A model generated the notes under the pieces. The model was not told the origin of the DNA and searched no databases. It saw only the letters and a list, made by a program, of their open reading frames with translations. Below are positions 19,670 to 28,594 of a stretch of DNA of 64,000 bases, one piece after another; the stretch's first letter is position 1; each line of letters opens with the position of its first letter. The stretch is from Nannocystales bacterium (GTDB lineage: Bacteria; Myxococcota_A; Polyangia; Nannocystales; Nannocystaceae). Position numbers and translations under genes: made by a program. The stretch lies in the NCBI GenBank assembly GCA_050633305.1, contig JBOEGF010000010.1:192001-256000 (forward strand). The letters run 5' to 3'.

Positions 19670-20674
19670 CTACCGCACTGGCTCACAGGCCGATGCATAG
19701 CGATCCACGAACTTGCCGAACGCGTCGCACTCGAAATGATGCGCTTGTTGTCCAAGGGGAGAGGATGCCGCGAACGTCTCGAACCCGTGAAACGCCCCGC
19801 GAAACTGCGTGAACATGACCGGAATCCCGGCACGCCTCGATGCTGCGACGTACGCGAGCGTCTCATCCCGAAAGGGGTCGAGTTCGCCCACGTACGTCAC
19901 CACGGGCGGGCTGCCTGAAACGTCCGTTCTTCTCGCGGGCGCGGCGTGCAAAGGGGCGGGGCCATCGATGCCCCTGAGGTACAGCGCCCAGCACGTGGCG
20001 CTCGACTCTCGGCTCCAGCCCGGTGCTCCTTGCATCTCGCGGGCCGAGGCGCTGTCTTGGCGGTCGTCGAGCATGGGGTAGAACGGCATCTGAAACGCGA
20101 TATCGGCGTCTCCGGTCTCCGATGCTGCATGGGTCACCGCTGCCGTCAGACCACCGCCAGCGCTGTGTCCCGCCACCACGATTCGACTCGAACGTGCTCC
20201 CAGGTCGGACGCGTTGTCCCGGATCCACAGCAAGGTGTCGTAGCAGTCGTGAAAGGCCGCGGGGTAGGGCGCGAGGAGGGACTTCCGGTAGTCCGGGGCG
20301 ATGACCACACAAGGGCGCGTGGCGATGTACGCCGAAATCTTGTCCAGCGCGATCTCGGGGGTGCCGAAAGCGTATCCCCCTCCGTGCAGATACAGGACCG
20401 CCGGAAGATCGCCGTCTGTGTCTCGCGGCCTGAAGGTCCGGACTCGAATGGGTGGCCCCCCGTGCCGACTGGGGATGAAGGCCTGGCCGCAGTCGAGACC
20501 GGCGATCGAGCGGCCGACGAGGAGCCTCGCGGCACCGTGGATGAGTCTGATGCACCATGGCCTCGCGAACGCGGCTGAGACCAGACGGGCCCGGCGGAAG
20601 TACGGCTGGAGTTCGTCCGCGAGCTTGTCGCGAGCGACCCTCTTGTGGTCCTCGGCGCGTGTCGAGCTTGGCAC
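19670..20674 (-). CDS. alpha/beta hydrolase (HSL-family esterase)
   Basis: HGGGY, GHSAGG, DPFRDE, HGF. GTG start 20674 follows GGAAGAGGA. Confidence 0.9.
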   Translation of the reverse strand: MPSSTRAEDHKRVARDKLADELQPYFRRARLVSAAFARPWCIRLIHGAARLLVGRSIAGLDCGQAFIPSRHGGPPIRVRTFRPRDTDGDLPAVLYLHGGGYAFGTPEIALDKISAYIATRPCVVIAPDYRKSLLAPYPAAFHDCYDTLLWIRDNASDLGARSSRIVVAGHSAGGGLTAAVTHAASETGDADIAFQMPFYPMLDDRQDSASAREMQGAPGWSRESSATCWALYLRGIDGPAPLHAAPARRTDVSGSPPVVTYVGELDPFRDETLAYVAASRRAGIPVMFTQFRGAFHGFETFAASSPLGQQAHHFECDAFGKFVDRYASACEPVR

Positions 20675-20907
20675 TGATCCTCTTCCTAGAAGGCGACGTG
20701 GTTCGTGAGTTGCTCGGTTGGCACGAGAGGGTGGAGGGGTTTGGTCATGCGTTGTCCAATCGTCGGGGTCGAGGGATGCCCGGTGCACTTGGGAGTGGAC
20801 CTCCATGAGCTTGACTGTGCCGGGTTGAACGGAAGTCATCCCCGTCGGGAGAGGCGTGCCGTCTGACGGACAAAGTCGCTGGCCCAGCGTCGGAGGTTGC
20901 GGATGCG

Positions 20908-20924
20908 AACGTACAGTGTACGTT
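20908..20924. promoter_or_regulatory. putative TetR operator (copy 2)
   Basis: Perfect palindrome AACGTACA-G-TGTACGTT between the divergent esterase and tetR, directly adjacent to the tetR -35. Confidence 0.7.
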
Positions 20925-20925
20925 G

Positions 20926-20954
20926 TTGACGAAGCTTGGTCTATTCTCTAGCGT
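20926..20954 (+). promoter_or_regulatory. putative sigma70 promoter of tetR
   Basis: TTGACG-17 nt-TAGCGT. Confidence 0.55.
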
Positions 20955-20992
20955 CGGATTTGTCGACGGGACCGGATCGAAGGGACGCTCGC

Positions 20993-21625
20993 ATGGCCTC
21001 ACGTCAGCCTCTGTCACGGTCACGAATCCTGGATGCCGCTGTGTCCTTCGCGGACGAGCACGGCGTCGAAGCGCTGACGATGCGAAAAGTTGCCGACGCC
21101 CTCGAGTACCGGGTGATGTCGCTCTACAACCACGTGACCAACAAGCAGGAGATGCTCGCCGGCATGTTGGACGTGGTGGTCGGGGAGATCGGGGACCCGC
21201 CGACCGAGGGCTCCTGGAAAGACATGCTGCAGGCGAGCGCCGCGGATGCACATCGTGTCCTTTCAAGACACAAGTGGGCGGCGGGTGAGTGGTCGAAGCG
21301 CCTTCCCGGACCGCATCGTCTTCGCTACATCGAGTCGATCCTTCGCATCCTCACCGAGGCGGAACTCGGACCTGAGGTTGTCTACCGGGGCTATCACGCG
21401 GTGACGATGCACATCGTCGGCTTCACGCTTCAGGAGGTCGGCTACGAACAGTCGCTGGGTGACGACCTCGAGGAGATGGCGGAAGCGTTCCTCAACGAGA
21501 TGGCGTCCGAGTTTCCGTACATGGCAGAACACGTTCGGGGACACCTGGACGACCATGACCATGGGGATGAGTTCGCGTTTGTCCTCGGGCTCATCCTCGA
21601 CGGACTCGACCGCGCGGCGAAGTGA
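20993..21625 (+). CDS. TetR/AcrR family regulator (TetR_C type)
   Basis: LSRSRILDAA...LTMRKVADAL...MSLYNHV HTH; C-terminal FAFVLGLILDGL. Confidence 0.92.
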   Translation: MASRQPLSRSRILDAAVSFADEHGVEALTMRKVADALEYRVMSLYNHVTNKQEMLAGMLDVVVGEIGDPPTEGSWKDMLQASAADAHRVLSRHKWAAGEWSKRLPGPHRLRYIESILRILTEAELGPEVVYRGYHAVTMHIVGFTLQEVGYEQSLGDDLEEMAEAFLNEMASEFPYMAEHVRGHLDDHDHGDEFAFVLGLILDGLDRAAK

Positions 21626-21682
21626 CCAGTCTCGTCCGCAAGTCCGCTGGACGCTCGCGTGGCCTTGAGCACACCGACGAGG

Positions 21683-23056
21683 CTACGAGCTCGGCGCCTC
21701 GCTGCAGACTTGGTCCAGCTCCCAGGCGACCGCACGCTCGACGGACCGGTCGTAGGACAGCGCGTAGTACAGGAATGTGGGCGCGACGGGCAGCTTGCGG
21801 ACCCGGCCGTTGAATGGGCTATAGGCTCGGGCGTGCGCGCGCATGCCTCCTGCCAGCAGGATGTCGCCCCAGCCTCTTCGGCCTTGGATGACCTCCCACA
21901 GCAGCGACCCGGCCAGTGCCATGATGGCGTCCCAGGCGGGGTCGGAGGTGGTCTCGACTCTGGCTCCGTCGCCGTCGACGGTAATGGTGAATGCGTCCAT
22001 CTCGTCGGCGAACTGCACCTCGACGACGAAGCGCAGAGGGTCCTCGACGCCGAAGCCGGGGAACTCTCGAGCGAGCGCGGGTGCGACTTCGGCAAGGACC
22101 CACCGTGCGATGTCGGGTCGGGTTGTTGTTTCCCGGTGGCGTCCTGGGTTCGCGTCCGTGAGGGCGGGCACCGACAGCGGGCGATAGTCCCTTGGGTCAT
22201 GCGTGTCCAAGACCTCGTGGACCAGGGGCTCACCGCCGGGTTTCGGGTCGAAGTTGACCTCGCCCCCTCGCAAGTCGTAGCGCGCTCCCAGCAGGGCGGG
22301 GAAGGCATCGAGGTCTGCCTCGAAGTTGGCCATGTCGCGGAGAAACCGCTGGGGACTGACGGGGTAGACGATGTTGTCGAGCCACGCGTAGGGGGCCGAG
22401 TGCTTGGCTCCGCACGCGGAGGGGACGATCGCCGACGCTCCGGTGGCGACGATCTGGGCGAGAAGGTCGGCGTAGGTCTCGAGGGGAAAGTCGATGCGTC
22501 CTCCGAGCTGCGCGGCAACCTCGTGCATCGGCTGCCAGCGAACCAACGCAAGGTCGATGCCCTTGCAGCCGACCCGTTCGGCGGCGTGGGCGGCCACCGC
22601 TCGGACGTGGTCTGGGCTGCGCAACACAGTGTCGACCTGGTTCCACACCGCACCGTCCTCGGAGGCGACGACCATCCCCCATTCATCGTTGGCCAGCGAG
22701 AGCGTTGCAGTCAGCCGCACACCCGGAAGCTCGACAACCTCGGGGGTGACGAACGACCGCACATCGCGAAAACCGAGTCGGCGAGCCGAAGAGATCACCA
22801 GCGGGTCGGGGGTGAAGAGCGGGACGTGGGGATAGTACTGCGCGAGTCGGTGCAGACTCCCGATGTCGAAATGATCTGGGTGTCGATGGGATACCAGGAC
22901 CGCGGTTGGTCGCAGTCGGTCGACATGCAGCGTGCGATGCGGCGTCGTTTGGTACACGCCGCAGTGATGGGTGTCCCCGAGGAGGGGGTCAAAGAGCAGT
23001 CGTTGCTCTGCGACCTCGCACATCCACATCGCGTGTCCGAGATGGGTCCACCGCAT
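21683..23056 (-). CDS. MBL-fold metallo-hydrolase (UlaG-like) with C-terminal extension
   Basis: THLGHA, LLFDPLL, SHRHPDH. Confidence 0.82.
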   Translation of the reverse strand: MRWTHLGHAMWMCEVAEQRLLFDPLLGDTHHCGVYQTTPHRTLHVDRLRPTAVLVSHRHPDHFDIGSLHRLAQYYPHVPLFTPDPLVISSARRLGFRDVRSFVTPEVVELPGVRLTATLSLANDEWGMVVASEDGAVWNQVDTVLRSPDHVRAVAAHAAERVGCKGIDLALVRWQPMHEVAAQLGGRIDFPLETYADLLAQIVATGASAIVPSACGAKHSAPYAWLDNIVYPVSPQRFLRDMANFEADLDAFPALLGARYDLRGGEVNFDPKPGGEPLVHEVLDTHDPRDYRPLSVPALTDANPGRHRETTTRPDIARWVLAEVAPALAREFPGFGVEDPLRFVVEVQFADEMDAFTITVDGDGARVETTSDPAWDAIMALAGSLLWEVIQGRRGWGDILLAGGMRAHARAYSPFNGRVRKLPVAPTFLYYALSYDRSVERAVAWELDQVCSEAPSS

Positions 23057-23129
23057 CGCCGCTGAGAATCTCACAAGGGCGGGCCTGTCGGGACCTGACG
23101 GAGCAGGCTGGCCGAGTCATGCTTTGTGA

Positions 23130-23732
23130 GTGTCGGTGACCCCGGATGAGGCGGCTTTTCGTGCGACGTTCGCACATGTGGTGCCGATGGACGAGTCGGC
23201 CTTGGGTGCGGGACTTGCCCAGGCCCGCGCCCGCTCCTTCGGCCGCGGTGCACAGTTGTTGCGGGCCGGTGACCGAGCCCGCGACGTGCTCATCGTGATC
23301 GAGGGGCTGCTGCGGGAGTACTACGTGCTGCCCGACGGAGCGGAACGCACCAAGTCGTTCGTGGTCGAGCATCAGGCCGCCGGCTCGTTGCCCGACTTGA
23401 TCTCCGGCGAGCCGTCGCGAGCCTACATCGTGGCCGAGGCCACGACTCGCGTCCTTGTCTTCGAGTTCGCAGCCCTGCGAGCGCTTCAGGAGCCACACCC
23501 GAGCTGGGCTCGACTCGAGATGGAGATGACCCGGCGGTTGCTGCTGACGAAGACCGAGCGGGAGTACGAGTTGTTGGGTCTGGATGCCGAGGCCCGCTAC
23601 GACGTCTTTCGGTCCAGGTTCCCTGGTGTCGAAGAACGCGTGGCGGCCCGGCATGTCGCGTCGTACGTCGGCATCACTCCCGTGCACCTGTCGCGGCTTC
23701 GCCGAACCCGACGTGCGCGAGCCAGCCGATGA
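23130..23732 (+). CDS. Crp/Fnr family transcriptional regulator
   Basis: cNMP-binding fold (EGLLREYY) and VASYVGITPVHLSRLR HTH. Confidence 0.9.
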   Translation: MSVTPDEAAFRATFAHVVPMDESALGAGLAQARARSFGRGAQLLRAGDRARDVLIVIEGLLREYYVLPDGAERTKSFVVEHQAAGSLPDLISGEPSRAYIVAEATTRVLVFEFAALRALQEPHPSWARLEMEMTRRLLLTKTEREYELLGLDAEARYDVFRSRFPGVEERVAARHVASYVGITPVHLSRLRRTRRARASR

Positions 23733-24357
23733 CCGCGAAGCCCGTTACGAACGACCCGTAGCGTGCCCAGGTCAGAACCGCGCCCCACGTTGCGTCATCG
23801 ACGGCCCAAGCCAGCGCTCCGATCGGTAGCTGCGCAAAGAGCAGCGACATTCGAAAGACGTCACGCACTGGGCCCCCGGCCCGGGGCAGCAGGACGCCGA
23901 TCCCCACGAAGGCGGTGTGCCCAAGCATCCACTTCAGCTGACTGAGCTCGCTGCGGCGCAGAATCTCGTCGGCGGGGATGGCTTGCCCAGCGTTAGCCCA
24001 TCGCAACAACGCGAGGAGATGATGGTTCTCCGCGAGATCGAGTACGGCTGCTGCGACGCCGAGCCCCGCGACCAGCCAGTGCAGGGGGGTCATGCGGGCC
24101 GGCGCGAGCTGCATCACCAGCAGGACGGTGGTCGTGACGTACGCTGCGACAAAGAGGTCATCGATTGCGATGAGCGTGCGAAGCCAGAACGACGCGTTCA
24201 CCAAGGCCTGCGCGTAGACGTCCGGCGCACGGACGAGTTCGAACGACTGTTGGCTGACGCCCGTTGTCGCCGTGACGGAGCAGAGGATGATGAGGAGGGC
24301 CGCGGCGAGACCAGCGGCGGCACGGAGTTCGCGTTGCATCGAGGTAGTCGGCGTCAT
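23674..24357 (-). CDS. hypothetical membrane protein
   Basis: Multiple hydrophobic segments, DLAEN motif. Confidence 0.75.
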   Translation of the reverse strand: MTPTTSMQRELRAAAGLAAALLIILCSVTATTGVSQQSFELVRAPDVYAQALVNASFWLRTLIAIDDLFVAAYVTTTVLLVMQLAPARMTPLHWLVAGLGVAAAVLDLAENHHLLALLRWANAGQAIPADEILRRSELSQLKWMLGHTAFVGIGVLLPRAGGPVRDVFRMSLLFAQLPIGALAWAVDDATWGAVLTWARYGSFVTGFAVIGWLAHVGFGEAATGARE

Positions 24358-24416
24358 CTCGGGGCGGCACGCAGCAACATGGGTTTAGGACGTGGGGGGC
24401 TCTGGCGTAGACTCCG

Positions 24417-24998
24417 ATGGTGCTGCTCGAGGTGCTCATCTTCCTCGCACCGCTCGTCGAGCTGGAGTGGGACGCGCCGGACTCGTGCCCATCGTCGTCC
24501 GCGTTCGAGGAGAGCGTCACTGCGCAGGCGGACGTCAGCACCGAGGATGAGGCTCCTGCTGTCTTGAAAGCGTGGGTGGTCGTTCGAGAACGCGGCGAGG
24601 GGCGGTGGGAGCTGTCCCTGAGGATGGAGCGGGAGGGGAAGACGGAGTCGCGGACCTTCGAAGCGCAGACGTGCGCAGCTGTAGCCGAGGTCGCGGCGAC
24701 GCTGGTGTCACTCCGGGTCGTGGAGTGGGTCGAGGCTGCGCCCCTCATTCCGGAGCCGGATGCCCTGCCGGCGTCCCAGCCTCGCGTCACGCCCGCCGAG
24801 CCCGAGCCCGAGCCCGAGCCCGTCGGGTCGACCGAGCCTCGTGAATTGAAGCCTGAGCTGGGCGGAGCAGCTCGGACCAAGGGACCGCGTCATCTTCGAG
24901 TGGCGGTTCGCTCCTGTGCGCCGAGCAAGAGGACGACCTCGCGTTGTTCATCCAGGAAAACAGAGAATGCGAAACGGTCTTGGACTGCGTCGAGCTGA
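24417..24998 (+). pseudogene. probably C-terminally truncated myxobacterial secreted protein
   Basis: LEWDAPDSCP...RTFEAQTC domain plus EP repeat, then composition degrades after about 24865. Confidence 0.45.
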
Positions 24999-25468
24999 GC
25001 GCGCTGTGTTACCGCGGTCCTGCGGCTGCCTGCGGGAACATCGGGATCTCGGCCAACGCCGACCTCGATGCTTGGGACGCTGTCTATGGCGAGTGGACGA
25101 GCAGCTGCGAGTGCGAAGGGGCTGATCCGTGTGGGTCTGAGCTGCTCTGTAACGAGCAAAGAGAGTGTGAGGCGGTTTTTGGCGGACAGGCGTTCTGCAC
25201 CAGCGCGGCGCTCGATGTGGAGGCGTTCCTCGCTGCCAACCGCGCATGCGAAGTCGATGACGACTGCGTGCAGCTGCAGAGCACCTGTCACGTGGACGAC
25301 TGCAGCGTGGTCGTGGTGAGCGTCGACACCGACCCTCAGGACTGGGAGCGACTCGATAGCCGTCTTCGGAGGTGTCAGACCGACCCAGAGGAGGTCTGCA
25401 ACTATGTCGGGGAATGCGGCGCCCAGCACCGCTGCAACGACGCGGGCCTGTGCGAGTCGTATCGCTAG
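24857..25468 (+). pseudogene. Cys-rich repeat protein lacking its N-terminus
   Basis: Frame is open from 24857 (SSSDQGTASSSSGGSLLCAEQ...) with two Cys-rich repeats but has no signal peptide or good start. Confidence 0.5.
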
Positions 25469-25526
25469 CACAAGCAACCGCACAGGAACGACGGCATGGG
25501 CTCTGGGGGCGCCGCTACTGGCCGTT

Positions 25527-26372
25527 TCATCGAGTTGGGGACGGCCCCTGGCGTGACGCAGCCGGCTTGCGGACGCGTAGGGCGTATGAGATCGGCAACA
25601 CGCCCTCATATCCCTTTAGCGCGTACCGGTTCGGACCGACCTCGACCGTGTCCGAAAAACAGTCGTGGTGGCCATAGTCGTATTCCTCGAAGGCCTCGAG
25701 ATTGAACCCTCGCCCGAGGAGTGCACCGATGACTTCGCCGAAGGGGTGGTTCCATCCGACCTCGGTTGTTGTCTCCTTGCTGTTGCCGCTGTAGCTCTGG
25801 GCGCCTTCGTCGACGATAGGCCCGCGGTTGAAGTAGCTGTATGCGAAGCTCTTTCTGTCGTCGGACAGCATCCACACCACCGGATGGAACTCCGCGATCA
25901 CGAACACGCCTCCGGGCGCAAGGAAGTGGTCGACAACTTCCGCCCAGCGGTCGAGGTCGGGAAGCCAGCCGATCGTGCCCCACGACGTAAAGACGATGTC
26001 GTAGGCCGCTGCGGCATCGTGGCGCTGCGGGAGCCCATAGATATCGCTGTGCACGAAGCTTCCCTCGAGCTTGGCCAACCCGGCGAGCTCGTTGGCCCGT
26101 TCCACGGCGCGAGCCGAGAGGTCGACCCCGGTCACCACGGCACCGCGGCGCGCAAGCGAAAGCGTGTCCTGGCCAAAGTGACACTGTAGGTGAAGCAGCC
26201 GCTGGGCCTTCAGGTCCCGCGGAAGCATCGAGAGTTCGATCTCGCCGAGACTGTCCTTCCCGGCCAGCCACCCGGGGACGTCGTAGAAGTCCGACTCCCA
26301 GTGCGCATCGACCATCGCATCCCAGTGCGCACGGTTCTGGTCGAGGTAATCGCTTGGATTCGCAGCGCTCAT
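25527..26372 (-). CDS. class I SAM-dependent methyltransferase
   Basis: LLHLQCHFGQDTLSLARRGA.VTGVDLS; YDIVFTSWG. Confidence 0.92.
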   Translation of the reverse strand: MSAANPSDYLDQNRAHWDAMVDAHWESDFYDVPGWLAGKDSLGEIELSMLPRDLKAQRLLHLQCHFGQDTLSLARRGAVVTGVDLSARAVERANELAGLAKLEGSFVHSDIYGLPQRHDAAAAYDIVFTSWGTIGWLPDLDRWAEVVDHFLAPGGVFVIAEFHPVVWMLSDDRKSFAYSYFNRGPIVDEGAQSYSGNSKETTTEVGWNHPFGEVIGALLGRGFNLEAFEEYDYGHHDCFSDTVEVGPNRYALKGYEGVLPISYALRVRKPAASRQGPSPTR

Positions 26373-26558
26373 GGGACGCGGAAGGTAGCAGCGCGATTTC
26401 GACTGTCCATCGTTTTGTCCGGTCCGCTGTCCGCTTTTTGGCGTCGACCGAGGGTCGTTGCGGGAGCGTTCTCGGCGGCACGATACGGGACAGCGGTGGC
26501 CGTGGCCCCCAGGTGTACGCTTGGCTCGGGGCCGCGCGGGTCCTCGAGATGAACGCCC

Positions 26559-28472
26559 ATGGGCACGGATGGATCGGGACCGACTCGCAGCAGCTCACCG
26601 AATGAGCGGTGGTCGGAACGGGCCGCCCGGGCGGCGGAGTCGGTCGTCGTGGTGGACGCGCAGCTGCGGCTCCGTTTCATTGGCGGGGTGCCCCCCGGGG
26701 GGAAGTGGACGCTGGGCGAGAGCTGGCTCGCCCACGTCGAGCCCGAGCATCATGAGTCGGTCCGCAGGGTGGTGGCCGAAACGCTCGAGACTGGACTCCC
26801 GCACCCAACCGAGACCTCTGAGGTCGGACCCGCCGGGGAGACCACGCACTACAGCCTGTGGGCATGCCCGACGACCTTCGAGCGAGAACCGTGTGTCTCG
26901 CTGATCCACACCGATGTCTCTCACCTTCGCCGTGAAGAGGAGAAGCTTGCCGTCAGCGACGAGACCCTGCGCTCGGTCATCTCGAACGCGGAGGACTACA
27001 TCACGGTGGTGGACCCGGAGCACCGGATCCTGTTCATGAACCGCGTGAGAGGTTTGGCGTCGGTGAGCGAGGTGCTCGGCCGACCGGTCGAGAGCTTCTT
27101 GCCTCGGAACGAGCGAGAGAAGGTGTCTTCCAGCATCGAGTCGGTCCTGCACACCGGGGTGCCCACCGAGTACACGTTGCAGATGACGATTGGCCTGGAC
27201 TCGGATGCGCGGGACGTGCATCTATCGACCCGCGCCAGTCCGGTCTACCGGGATGGTGACGTGGTCGGGGTCACCTTGATCGCCAACGACATCACCGAGG
27301 CCGTACGCGCCCGGCAACAGCTTCGTCACGCCGAGGAGGCGCTGCAGCGTAGCCAGAGACTCAAGGCTCTCGGTGAGTTGACCGGGGGCATCGCACACGA
27401 TTTCAACAACCTGCTCATGGTCCTGCGCGGGAGTCTGCAGCTTGCGGCGATGGATGTGGGATCCCCCTCCGCCGTGCTTGGCTACTTGGACGAGGCCGAG
27501 GGGGCGATCTCGCGGGCCGCAGCCTTGACCCACCGATTGCTGACGATCGGGCGACGCCAGACCCTGTCCCCGCAGTCCATAGACCTCGACGAGTTGCTGT
27601 CCTCGATGGCGGCGCTCATGGCTCGCACCCTGGGCCCCCAGCTCGACATTCGGGTGCACACGAGCGCCGACGCCTGGCCATGTTACGTGGACCGCCCACA
27701 ACTCGAGAATGCGGTGCTCAACCTTGGTCTCAACGCGCGTGATGCCATGGGGGTCCGTGGTGGTGCCTTGTCCTTGGTGGTCAGCAATCTGACGTACGAG
27801 GGGCATGGGGACCCCCAACTCTCGAACCTGGAGCGTGGGGAGTATGTCTGTATCGAGGTGCAAGACGCGGGCCCAGGCATCCCCTCCGAGACGATGGAGC
27901 GGATCTTCGAGCCGTTCTTCACCACCAAAACCGGCGGAGATGGCAGTGGACTCGGCCTCAGCATGGTCTACGGGTTTGCGATCCAAAGCGGTGGTGATGT
28001 CTCCGTTGCAAGCGAGGTCGGTCGCGGTACGACGGTCCGTATCTACCTCCCTCGGGCCGTTGAAACTGCGGTCCCGGCTCCGGCCGCACGGGTCTCTCGA
28101 GCGAAGCCCACGGGTCGGGGAAAACACATTTTGTTGGTCGAGGACCTCCCGGCGGTGGCCCGACTCACCGAACGCCTGTGCGCTCGCATGGGGTACCGGG
28201 TGACGATGGCCGAAGATGGTGAGGGCGCGCTCGACCAACTGGTGCGCCATGAGGACATCGACCTGTTGTTGACCGACATTGGCTTGCCGGGCGGCTTGGA
28301 CGGTGTCGCGTTGGCCAAGGTTGTCCGCAGCCGATGGCCCGGTACGCCAGTGCTGTTCATGACCGGGTTCGACAACGGTCTGCTCGACGAGCAGTCGGAG
28401 CAGAATCTGCTTCGCAAGCCGTTCGGTGCCCGCCAGTTGGCCGATGCGCTCCAGGGATTGCTCAAGGGCTAG
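26559..28472 (+). CDS. PAS-domain hybrid sensor histidine kinase/response regulator
   Basis: Two PAS-like domains, AHDFNNLL, NARDAM, FFTTK, GLGLS, receiver LLLTDIGLPG. Confidence 0.95.
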   Translation: MGTDGSGPTRSSSPNERWSERAARAAESVVVVDAQLRLRFIGGVPPGGKWTLGESWLAHVEPEHHESVRRVVAETLETGLPHPTETSEVGPAGETTHYSLWACPTTFEREPCVSLIHTDVSHLRREEEKLAVSDETLRSVISNAEDYITVVDPEHRILFMNRVRGLASVSEVLGRPVESFLPRNEREKVSSSIESVLHTGVPTEYTLQMTIGLDSDARDVHLSTRASPVYRDGDVVGVTLIANDITEAVRARQQLRHAEEALQRSQRLKALGELTGGIAHDFNNLLMVLRGSLQLAAMDVGSPSAVLGYLDEAEGAISRAAALTHRLLTIGRRQTLSPQSIDLDELLSSMAALMARTLGPQLDIRVHTSADAWPCYVDRPQLENAVLNLGLNARDAMGVRGGALSLVVSNLTYEGHGDPQLSNLERGEYVCIEVQDAGPGIPSETMERIFEPFFTTKTGGDGSGLGLSMVYGFAIQSGGDVSVASEVGRGTTVRIYLPRAVETAVPAPAARVSRAKPTGRGKHILLVEDLPAVARLTERLCARMGYRVTMAEDGEGALDQLVRHEDIDLLLTDIGLPGGLDGVALAKVVRSRWPGTPVLFMTGFDNGLLDEQSEQNLLRKPFGARQLADALQGLLKG

Positions 28473-28594
28473 GTCGACGTTGCGGGGCGGGTCTGGCAAG
28501 TGCTCTTGCCACCGTGAATCCGCATCGAGACGGAGCCACCCACTACGGCCTGGAAGCCGAGCTTCTGCGTGATAGCCTCCGGCTGCCGCCCGCC

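Noticed and set aside
18043..19812. Long antisense ORFs (also 360-1805, 21659-23065, 27222-28499, 39532-41043 and others)
   Set aside because: Shadow ORFs opposite well-supported genes, typical of high-GC DNA; no recognisable motifs.
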